A DNA stretch of 64,000 nucleotides from Acidimicrobiales bacterium (GTDB lineage: Bacteria > Actinomycetota > Acidimicrobiia > Acidimicrobiales > DATDAH01), in the NCBI GenBank assembly GCA_041918615.1, contig JAYRVH010000046.1:7990-71989 (forward strand). The letters run 5' to 3'. The position numbers were made by a program, and so were the translations under genes. Below the pieces are notes generated by a model that saw only the letters and a list, made by a program, of their open reading frames with translations, was not told where the DNA came from and made no database searches. Of this stretch, positions 57,170 to 64,000 are shown in pieces. Position 1 is the stretch's first letter. The number at the start of each line of letters is the position of its first letter.

Positions 57170-57649
57170 TCAGGCGGTCTTCTTGGCCGCGGGGGCCTTC
57201 TTGGCGGGGGCCTTCTTGGCCGCCGTCTTCTTGGCCGCAGGGGCCTTCTTGGCGGGTGCCTTCTTGGCGGGTGCCTTCTTGGCCGCCGTCTTCTTGGCCG
57301 CAGGGGCCTTCTTGGCGGGGGCCTTCTTGGCGGGGGCCTTCTTGGCAGGTCCCGTGAGGTCCTTGGTGAGCTTGTCGATCTGACGCTGCAGCCTGCGCAG
57401 TTCCGTCTGCGTGGCGAGGCCGAGGCTGTTGACCTGCTCCTTCACCTCGGCGCGGATGCGGGCGGCCAGCTTCTGGCTGCGCTTGCGACTGTCCTCGAGC
57501 AGCTCCTGGACGGCATCCTGCGCCTGCTCCTGGCGGAGCTGCCCGGCCTTGACGCCATCGCGCACGATTGCCTCGGCGCGCTTCTGGGTGAGCTGGGTGA
57601 ACTCGACCACACCGTCGATGTACCGCTTCATGAAGTCGTTCTGAGCCAT
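57170..57649 (-). CDS. Phasin-like / coiled-coil protein with histone-H1-like PAKKA tail
   Basis: N-terminus [30 protein letters not shown]-terminal 59 aa are PAKKA/AAKKT repeats. Confidence 0.8.
   Translation of the reverse strand: MAQNDFMKRYIDGVVEFTQLTQKRAEAIVRDGVKAGQLRQEQAQDAVQELLEDSRKRSQKLAARIRAEVKEQVNSLGLATQTELRRLQRQIDKLTKDLTGPAKKAPAKKAPAKKAPAAKKTAAKKAPAKKAPAKKAPAAKKTAAKKAPAKKAPAAKKTA
57173..57349 (-). repeat. Lys/Ala/Pro coding repeats with a higher-order 63-nt period
   Basis: [21 protein letters not shown], about 2.8 copies. Confidence 0.9.
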
Positions 57650-57655
57650 CTCACC

Positions 57656-57684
57656 AGCCTATGGCTGCACGGGCGCGCTTGCAA
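57656..57684 (-). promoter_or_regulatory. Near-consensus promoter TTGCAA-17 nt-TAGGCT, with the -10 box 6 nt from the ATG (leaderless)
   Basis: Minus strand reads TTGCAA (57684-57679) gcgcgcccgtgcagcca TAGGCT (57661-57656) ggtgag ATG (57649). Confidence 0.55.
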
Positions 57685-57694
57685 TAGTTCGCAT

Positions 57695-57750
57695 CAGTGC
57701 CGCACCGTGAGTGCCGCGCCGTCAGTGCCGCACCGTCAGTGCCGGCCCGG
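57695..57750. repeat. Four tandem 14-bp direct repeats between and over the ppa 3' end and the phasin-like promoter
   Basis: CAGTGCCGCACCGT / GAGTGCCGCGCCGT / CAGTGCCGCACCGT / CAGTGCCGGCCCGG. Confidence 0.88.
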
Positions 57751-58227
57751 CTCCAGATGACGAGCCCGCGACGCCTCGATCTCGGCCTCGGCCGCCGCTC
57801 GACCCTCCCAGCCGCGAACCTCGGCGTGCTTCTTCGGCTCGAGCACCTTGTAGATCTCGAAGAACTGCGAGATCTCCGCCAGGAGCTCCGGTCGCAGATC
57901 GTCGAGATCGGTGACCGCGGTCCACCGAGGGTCACCGGCCGGAGCGCAGAGCACCTTCGCGTCCGGCCCTGCTTCGTCGCGCATCCAGAACACGCCGATG
58001 GGCCGCCCCAGCACGTGGCAACCCGGAAACGTCGATTCGTCCAGGAGCACCAGCGCGTCGAGAGGATCGCCGTCCTCGCTCAACGTGCGCGGGAAGAACC
58101 CATAGTCGACCGGGTAGCGCGCCGCGGTGAAGAGATGGCGGTCGAGCCAGATCTCGCCGGTGTCGTGATCGGCCTCGTACTTGTTGCGGGACCCCTGCGG
58201 GATCTCGATGACCACTTCGATCTCCAT
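57736..58227 (-). CDS. ppa: Inorganic pyrophosphatase (family I)
   Basis: [18 protein letters not shown]...YPVDYGF...[17 protein letters not shown] upstream of ATG 58227. Confidence 0.95.
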   Translation of the reverse strand: MEIEVVIEIPQGSRNKYEADHDTGEIWLDRHLFTAARYPVDYGFFPRTLSEDGDPLDALVLLDESTFPGCHVLGRPIGVFWMRDEAGPDAKVLCAPAGDPRWTAVTDLDDLRPELLAEISQFFEIYKVLEPKKHAEVRGWEGRAAAEAEIEASRARHLEPGRH

Positions 58228-59258
58228 CAACCTTCTCCGGTTCTGGCCTCGGTCAGGCCTTCGTCGATCAGCCACTGGCGCGCCACCGACCGCGGGGACC
58301 GACCGTCGATCTCCACCGCGGAACGGAGCGCTCGCATCGTCGTGTCGGTCAAGCGTGGCGAGAGCGCCGCCACCACCTCGGAGAACGCCGGAACATCGTC
58401 GGCCACGTCGGCGCGAATGGTCATCGATGGGTTCTCGGTCGTGAAGACGCCGTCGCCCGGGAGCACCCGGAGCGATCCGTCCACCAGCCGCGGGTCGGTG
58501 TTGCGCACCTGGCCGAACTGGCAGAGCCCGCCCTGGGCGACGAGCCCGAAGATGAGGTCGGTCGAGACCCCGGGCCGCCGGGCCTCGGGAACGACCACGT
58601 CGAACGACCGCTCGAACTGGCGCAACCCGTCGGGTGCGTCGGCGAATCCCGTCGCTGCGTCGAGGCAGAGCACGGGCCCGCTCTGACCGTCACCCGCGCT
58701 CCGCCGCTCGAAGGTCGCGGCGAGGTCGGCGAGCGTCCGCACCCCGAGGTCGTCGATCGTGGTCGGCGAAGCCGCTATCGCCCACGCGCCGTCCATCGGT
58801 GCCGGCGGCAGCCAGTCGATCTGGTTCTGCTCACCGTCACGGTCTCGGACAGCCTCGTACAGCTCGTTCGAGGTCGTCGCCGGATCGGACTGCTGCAGGA
58901 CCCGGGTCCAGCCGGTACCGGTGTACTCCCAGTACGCGTCGATGAGCCCCGAGAGCTGGGCCCGGCGCACGACTGCCGTGCCCCCTGCCCCGATGTCCTG
59001 GTGGACGTTCGCCCCGGCGGCACGGGCCGCCTCGACCGCGAGCCACCCCAGGATCTCCTGCTCGGGCCCGTCCCTGGACCCGATGGCCAGGTCGACCTCC
59101 TCGAGATCGACGTCGACGTCGCCCACCCACGTCATGGCGTCGCCACCGGCAACGGCCGAATCCGCCGGTGGTCGCGCTGCCGCGCAGCCGGCGAGGGTCG
59201 AGGCCAGCGCGAAGACGGCCAGCGCCGCACGCGCGGCTCTTCGGGACACACGCCTCAT
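58227..59258 (-). CDS. Lipoprotein, glycine-betaine/OpuAC-type substrate-binding protein
   Basis: Lipobox ASTLAGC. GLIDAYWEYTGTGW is typical of OpuAC-fold binding proteins. ATGA overlap with the upstream HAD gene and TGATG overlap with ppa. Confidence 0.72.
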   Translation of the reverse strand: MRRVSRRAARAALAVFALASTLAGCAAARPPADSAVAGGDAMTWVGDVDVDLEEVDLAIGSRDGPEQEILGWLAVEAARAAGANVHQDIGAGGTAVVRRAQLSGLIDAYWEYTGTGWTRVLQQSDPATTSNELYEAVRDRDGEQNQIDWLPPAPMDGAWAIAASPTTIDDLGVRTLADLAATFERRSAGDGQSGPVLCLDAATGFADAPDGLRQFERSFDVVVPEARRPGVSTDLIFGLVAQGGLCQFGQVRNTDPRLVDGSLRVLPGDGVFTTENPSMTIRADVADDVPAFSEVVAALSPRLTDTTMRALRSAVEIDGRSPRSVARQWLIDEGLTEARTGEG

Positions 59259-60028
59259 GACGACTCCATGGTGCCCGATCCCCCGGCACCGAGGGCCGCG
59301 TCGACCGCCTCGGCCAGATCGGCCGCGACGCGGTCCGGAGGCGGATCGACCGGCTGGTCTCCCGACCGGGTGACCCCACTCAGCACGAGCACCCACTCGT
59401 AGCCGAGCGAGCGTGCGAAGCGGCCGTCGGTGTCGGGCCGGTCGCCCACGGCGACGCCATGTTCACCGAGGAGGGCCTTCACGTGGTCGACCATGGGCGC
59501 GTAGGGCTTGCCTGCGACGACGGGGCGGACCCCCGATGCCGTGGCCACCGCGGCGAGGATCGCCCCGCCTCCGGGCACCGGGCCGTGCGGCGTCGGGTAG
59601 GTGGCGTCGTCGTTCGTTCCGAGGAGCCTGGCCCCACGCCGCACGGCCGCGGACGCCCGGTCGAGCTCGTCGAAGTCGAAGTCCCGATGGAACCCGACCA
59701 CCACGACGTCGGCAGGACCGTCAGCCACCGGGATCGCGCCTCTGGCGACCACCGCCTCCTCCACCCCGGGGCCGGCGCAGACGAACACGCGCTCGCCGGG
59801 CGCGACCATTCCCGCCGCGACGACGGCGGAGGTGACGACGTCGCCCACCGCAGGAATGCCGTGACCGGCCAGCTTCGCCTCTTGACCACCAACGCTCACC
59901 GACGAGTTGTTCGTGACGAAGAGCACCCGCTGACCGGCCGCCCGTAGGCGAGCGACGGCCTCGGCCGCGCCGGAGATGGGCTGGTCGTCCAGCCACACCA
60001 CGCCGTCGAGGTCGAGCACCCAGGCCAT
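59255..60028 (-). CDS. HAD-IIA phosphatase (Rv1692-like)
   Basis: MAWVLDLDGVVW, FVTNNS, GKP, VGDRPDTD. Start at ATG 60028. Confidence 0.85.
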   Translation of the reverse strand: MAWVLDLDGVVWLDDQPISGAAEAVARLRAAGQRVLFVTNNSSVSVGGQEAKLAGHGIPAVGDVVTSAVVAAGMVAPGERVFVCAGPGVEEAVVARGAIPVADGPADVVVVGFHRDFDFDELDRASAAVRRGARLLGTNDDATYPTPHGPVPGGGAILAAVATASGVRPVVAGKPYAPMVDHVKALLGEHGVAVGDRPDTDGRFARSLGYEWVLVLSGVTRSGDQPVDPPPDRVAADLAEAVDAALGAGGSGTMESS

Positions 60029-60055
60029 GGCACACAGTCTGCTAGCAAGGGAGCC

Positions 60056-61249
60056 GTGCCAGCGTTCCATCCCTTCCACGGCGTCCGCTACGACCCCGAC
60101 CGCTTCGGTCCCGAGGCCGTCACGGCTCCCCCGTACGACGTCCTCGACGAGGACGACCGGGCGGCGTTGGTCGCGATCGATCCGCACAACGCGGTGCGCA
60201 TCGACCTGCCCCGTGAAGAGCAGGGCGTCGACCCCTACGTGGTCGCCGCCGCGCTGTGGGAGCAGTGGTTGGACGACGGTGTGTTGGTCACCGACGACGA
60301 GCCGGGCTTCTACGTGTACCGCATGGGCTTCTTCGACGAGGCCGGCCGGCCGCACCAGACCACCGGCGTGATCGGCGCGCTGACCTTGAGCCCCCCGGGC
60401 GAGGGCGGCATCCTCCCCCACGAGCACACGACGCCGAAGGCCAAGAGCGACCGTCTCGAACTGCTGCGGGCAACCCGCGCCAACCTCTCCCCCATCTGGG
60501 GCCTCTCCCCCGCCCAGGGGCTCACGGCCCTCTGCGAACAGACCGAACCACCCGACTGGGCCTGGACCGACGACGAGGGCGTGCACCACCGCCTCTGGCA
60601 GGTGCGTCGGGCCGGGCTGCTCGACGCGATCTCCGAGGCAGTCGGCTCGCAGCCTGTCGTCATCGCCGACGGGCACCACCGCTACGAGACGTCACTCGCC
60701 TACCGCGACGAACGGCGGGTCGAGTCCGGTACGGGCGGCGCCTACGACGCGACCCTTGCCTACGTGGTCGAGCTTGCGGCCGAGCAGCTGACGGTGCTCC
60801 CCATCCACCGATTGCTCACCGGGCTCCCCGACGGCGTCGACCTCAGCACTGCGCTCGAGCCCTGGTTCGAGGTGTCGACCACCGACGCGTCCCCCGACGA
60901 TCTCCCTGCCCGCATGGTCGATGAGGGGGCGCTCGCCCTGCTGACGCCGGGCGGCCGATGGCTCCTGCGCCCGCGCCCCGAGGCCATGGCCGGCGCGCGC
61001 GATCTCGACTCGAGTCGCCTCGACCTGGCCCTCTCGGGGCTTCCCGCCCACGACCTCTCGTACCAGCACGGTGTCGGCCAGGTGGTACGTGCGGTCGACG
61101 AGCGACGCGCCCAGGCGGGCGTGCTCCTGCGGCCCGCCACCGTCGACCAGATCACCGCCATCGCCCACGGTGGCGAGCGCATGCCGCCGAAGACCACCTT
61201 CTTCCACCCCAAGCCGAAGACCGGCATGGTGTTCCGCTCGCTCGACTGA
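60056..61249 (+). CDS. DUF1015-family protein
   Basis: FHGVRYDP...VTAPPYDVL...ILPHEHT...IADGHHRYETS. GTG start. Confidence 0.82.
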   Translation: MPAFHPFHGVRYDPDRFGPEAVTAPPYDVLDEDDRAALVAIDPHNAVRIDLPREEQGVDPYVVAAALWEQWLDDGVLVTDDEPGFYVYRMGFFDEAGRPHQTTGVIGALTLSPPGEGGILPHEHTTPKAKSDRLELLRATRANLSPIWGLSPAQGLTALCEQTEPPDWAWTDDEGVHHRLWQVRRAGLLDAISEAVGSQPVVIADGHHRYETSLAYRDERRVESGTGGAYDATLAYVVELAAEQLTVLPIHRLLTGLPDGVDLSTALEPWFEVSTTDASPDDLPARMVDEGALALLTPGGRWLLRPRPEAMAGARDLDSSRLDLALSGLPAHDLSYQHGVGQVVRAVDERRAQAGVLLRPATVDQITAIAHGGERMPPKTTFFHPKPKTGMVFRSLD

Positions 61250-61256
61250 GGTCGGG

Positions 61257-62273
61257 CTACCCGACCTGCCAGGTGGCGCCCGAGGCGAGCAGCTTCGCGA
61301 GGTCGCCAGGCCCCGTGCGCTCCTGAGCGGCGGCCAGTTGCTCCGACGCCCCCGTCACGTACTCGGGCCGCTCGACGGCGCGGAAGACCCCGATCGGCGT
61401 GGGCTCGTGCGGGCCGCGTGCGAGGCGGGACAGCGTGAAGGCCAGGCCGGGGTCGTCGCGGGCCTCGTCGTGGACCAGGACGGCGTCCTCGCCCACGTCC
61501 GCGACGGTCGCGATCGATGCGTGCCCCTGAGAGCCCAGGACCACTCCCAGCGAGCCATCGGGGCCGAAACGGACCGGTTTGCCGTGCTCGAGCGGGATCA
61601 GCATCGACTCGCGGTTCTCCTTGCCGGTGACATCGCTGAAGGCCCCGTCGTTGAACACGTTGCAGTTCTGGTAGATCTCGACGAACGAGCCCCCCTTGTG
61701 GGCGTGGGCCCGCCGGAAGACCTCGGTCATGTGCTGGCGATCCATGTCGTGGGTGCGGGCCACGAAGGTGGCTTCGGCCCCCAGGGCGAGGCTGAGCGGG
61801 TTGAAGGGCGGGTCGAGCGAACCGAACGGGGTGGACTTGGTGACCTTGCCCACCTCGCTCGTGGGCGAGTACTGACCCTTGGTGAGGCCGTAGATCTGGT
61901 TGTTGAACATCAAGATGGTGATGTTCACGTTGCGCCGGAGGGCGTGGATCAGGTGATTCCCGCCGATCGACAACGAGTCGCCGTCACCGGTGACCACCCA
62001 CACGTCGAGGTCGGGTCGCGCCATGGCCAGCCCCGTGGCGATCGCCGGCGCCCGACCGTGGATGCTGTGCATGCCGTAGGTGTTCATGTAGTACGGAAAA
62101 CGTGCGGCGCAGCCGATGCCCGAGACGAACACCGTGTTCTCACGCGCGACACCCAGGTCGGGCATGAGCATCTGGACGGCCATGAGGATCGAGTAGTCGC
62201 CGCAGCCGGGGCACCACCGCACCTCCTGGTCGCTCGTCCAGTCCTTCTTGGTCGTGACGGGTGCGGTGCTCAC
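61257..62273 (-). CDS. korB: 2-oxoglutarate:ferredoxin oxidoreductase beta subunit (TPP-binding)
   Basis: RWCPGCGDYSIL, GIGCAARFP, VVTGDGDSLSIGGNH. GTG 62273 forms a GTGA overlap with korA. Confidence 0.9.
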   Translation of the reverse strand: MSTAPVTTKKDWTSDQEVRWCPGCGDYSILMAVQMLMPDLGVARENTVFVSGIGCAARFPYYMNTYGMHSIHGRAPAIATGLAMARPDLDVWVVTGDGDSLSIGGNHLIHALRRNVNITILMFNNQIYGLTKGQYSPTSEVGKVTKSTPFGSLDPPFNPLSLALGAEATFVARTHDMDRQHMTEVFRRAHAHKGGSFVEIYQNCNVFNDGAFSDVTGKENRESMLIPLEHGKPVRFGPDGSLGVVLGSQGHASIATVADVGEDAVLVHDEARDDPGLAFTLSRLARGPHEPTPIGVFRAVERPEYVTGASEQLAAAQERTGPGDLAKLLASGATWQVG

Positions 62274-64000
62274 AGGGAGATCTCCTCGACGATGGCCTGC
62301 TCGAGCTCGCCCGCGGTGAAGGGCTCGCCCCGGACCTTGGTGACCGAACGGGCGTCGACCAGGAATCGGCCGCGGACGAGCAGCGCGAGCTGCCCCAGGT
62401 TCATCTCCGGGATGATCACCCGTGGGTAGCGCGTGACGACGTCGCCCAGGTTGGACGGGAACGGGTTGAGATGGGTGAGGTGTGCCCGTGCGACCTTGCC
62501 GCCCCTGGCCCGCACGCGGTCGACGGCGCCGTCGATGGCACCCCAGGTCGAGCCCCAGCCCAGCACGAGCACCTCGGCGTCGTCCACGTCGCCCTCGACC
62601 TCGACCTCGGGGATGTCGGCGGCGATGCCGGCCACCTTGGCGGCCCGCAGCTCGACCATCCGCTCGTGGTTCGCGGGGTCGTACGAGATGTTGCCGCTCC
62701 CGTCCTCCTTCTCGATGCCGCCGAGGCGGTGCATCAGGCCCGGCGTGCCGGGCAGCGCCCACGCCCGAGCGAGGGTGTCAGGGTCGCGGAGGTAGGGCCA
62801 GAACTCGGGCTCACCGTCGTCGTCGACGTGATTGGGCTCGGTGGCGAAGGTGGTGCGCAGATCGGGCAGGGAAGCCACGTCGGGCAGGCGCCAGGGCTCG
62901 GAGCCGTTGGCCAGGTAGCCGTCCGACAGCAGGATCACCGGCGTGCGGTACTTGAGGGCGATCCGGGCCGCCTCGATGGCGGCGTCGAAGCAGTCCGCCG
63001 GGCTGTGCGCGGCGACGATCGGCAGGGGCGACTCGCCGTGACGCCCGAACATGGCCATGAGCAGGTCGGCGGCCTCGGTCTTGGTGGGAAGTCCCGTGGA
63101 CGGGCCACCGCGCTGGATGTCGATGATCAGGAGGGGCAGCTCCATGCTGACGGCCAGGCCCATGGTCTCGGACTTGAGGGCGAGGCCGGGCCCGCTCGTG
63201 GTGGTACAGCCCAGGTGGCCCCCGAACGAAGCGCCGAGGGCGGCGCCGATACCGGCGATCTCGTCCTCGGCCTGGAGCGTCCGGATGCCGAAGTTCTTGT
63301 GCTTCGAGAGCTCGTGAAGGATGTCGGACGCCGGGGTGATCGGATAGGAGCCGAGGAAGAGCGGCAGCTCGGCCTGTCGACTTGCCGCGATGAGGCCCCA
63401 GGCCAGGGCGGTGTTGCCGGTGATGCTCGTATAGGTGCCGGGATCGAGCCGGGCCGGCTTGATCTGGTAGGTGCTCTCGAACAGCTCGGCGGTCTCGCCG
63501 AAGGCATGACCGGCCTTGAAGGCGGCGCGGTTGGCCGCGATCACCTGCGGCTTGCCAGCGAACTTGTCATCGATCCAGTCGAGGGTGGGCTCGACCGGGC
63601 GGGTGTACATCCAGGAGATCACGCCCAGGGCGAAGAAGTTCTTGGACCGCTCGGCGTCGCGGGGCTTGACCCCGAGGTCGGCACAGGCCTGCTTGGTGAG
63701 GGTGGTCATCGGCACCTCGTAGACGGTGTAGCCCTTGAGGCTGTCGTCTTCGAGCGGGTTGGCCTCGTACCCGGCCTTGGCCAGGTTGCGGGCCTCGAAG
63801 GCATCGAGGTTGACGATCACCGTTCCGCCGGGCTCGAGATGGTGCAGATCGCTGCGCAGCGCCGCGGGGTTCATCGCGACGAGGACGCTCGGGGCGTCAC
63901 CCGGCGTGGTGATCTCGTGGTCGGAGATGTGCACCTGGAACGCCGAGACCCCGGCCAGTGTGCCCGCAGGGGCCCGGATCTCGGCCGGGAACTCGGGGAG
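62270..64000 (-). CDS. korA: 2-oxoglutarate:ferredoxin oxidoreductase alpha subunit (5' end outside the window)
   Basis: The frame stays open to the window edge: PEFPAEIRAPAGTLAGVSAFQVHISDHE... Also GNTALAWG, YPITPASD, QAEDEIAG. Confidence 0.9.
   Translation of the reverse strand, partial: LPEFPAEIRAPAGTLAGVSAFQVHISDHEITTPGDAPSVLVAMNPAALRSDLHHLEPGGTVIVNLDAFEARNLAKAGYEANPLEDDSLKGYTVYEVPMTTLTKQACADLGVKPRDAERSKNFFALGVISWMYTRPVEPTLDWIDDKFAGKPQVIAANRAAFKAGHAFGETAELFESTYQIKPARLDPGTYTSITGNTALAWGLIAASRQAELPLFLGSYPITPASDILHELSKHKNFGIRTLQAEDEIAGIGAALGASFGGHLGCTTTSGPGLALKSETMGLAVSMELPLLIIDIQRGGPSTGLPTKTEAADLLMAMFGRHGESPLPIVAAHSPADCFDAAIEAARIALKYRTPVILLSDGYLANGSEPWRLPDVASLPDLRTTFATEPNHVDDDGEPEFWPYLRDPDTLARAWALPGTPGLMHRLGGIEKEDGSGNISYDPANHERMVELRAAKVAGIAADIPEVEVEGDVDDAEVLVLGWGSTWGAIDGAVDRVRARGGKVARAHLTHLNPFPSNLGDVVTRYPRVIIPEMNLGQLALLVRGRFLVDARSVTKVRGEPFTAGELEQAIVEEISL

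Noticed and set aside
60029-60055. GCTAGC palindrome in the 27-bp region between the HAD-IIA and DUF1015 genes, considered as another overlapping divergent -10 pair (TAGCAA / TAGCAG).
   Set aside because: Both hexamers lack the conserved final T, the spacing on the minus strand is 10 nt, and the DUF1015 gene has a plausible SD sequence (AAGGGAG). It is not convincing.
60029-60679. 5' extensions of several minus-strand ORFs in the track (59255..60679, 61257..62762, 42464..43393, 43017..44861, 35897..36946, 31760..32683, 46452..48011, 46928..49444, 7763..9823, 19875..22295).
   Set aside because: In each case the extension is Arg/Pro/Gly-rich and overlaps the upstream gene or promoter. A family-typical N-terminus with a start codon lies further in, for example [31 protein letters not shown] and MTQTKPP.

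Overview
High-GC (about 70%) Actinomycetota-type chromosomal segment. It is densely coding: about 60 CDS, one tRNA, no rRNA, no CRISPR array and no intact mobile element. Most genes lie on the minus strand in long operons joined by ATGA, GTGA or TGATG start/stop overlaps. All product calls come from reading the translated ORFs for motifs; no BLAST or HMM search could be run.

The region from 23.5 to 64 kb is core housekeeping. From memory, its gene order matches the mycobacterial Rv1692-Rv1713 region: HAD phosphatase, tlyA, nadK, recN, steA, steB/mctB, pyrG, NUDIX, xerD, scpA, scpB, rluB, cmk, der. Lineage-specific insertions interrupt that order:
- an envelope module: GT4 phosphosugar transferase, murJ, a fusion of an alkaline-phosphatase-like domain with a polytopic membrane domain, an SRPBCC protein, and a divergent GT39/ArnT-like gene
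- aroH-tyrA-aroA
- plsC plus a PGPGW protein
- ispH, a CopD-like membrane protein and a PhnZ-like HD protein
- DUF512
- an operon of DksA/TraR, HD, DUF4031 and GNAT genes

The region from 5.5 to 23.5 kb looks accessory:
- lipoprotein sulfatase, SRAP and DUF2079
- a CocE/NonD hydrolase
- a secreted cupredoxin with Gln in place of the axial Met
- a repeat protein with two ParB-type N-terminal peptides and 24 phased pentapeptide repeats
- two tandem ATGA-coupled secreted S8 subtilases with repeated C-terminal modules
- a SARP(BTAD)-AAA regulator
- a relic tyrosine-integrase 3' fragment abutting tRNA-Pro(GGG)
- a VapBC module

Many operon heads have a TANNNT hexamer 6-9 nt upstream of the start codon, which is a leaderless layout. 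These include two mirror-image divergent pairs. The long antisense ORFs in the track are treated as high-GC artefacts.
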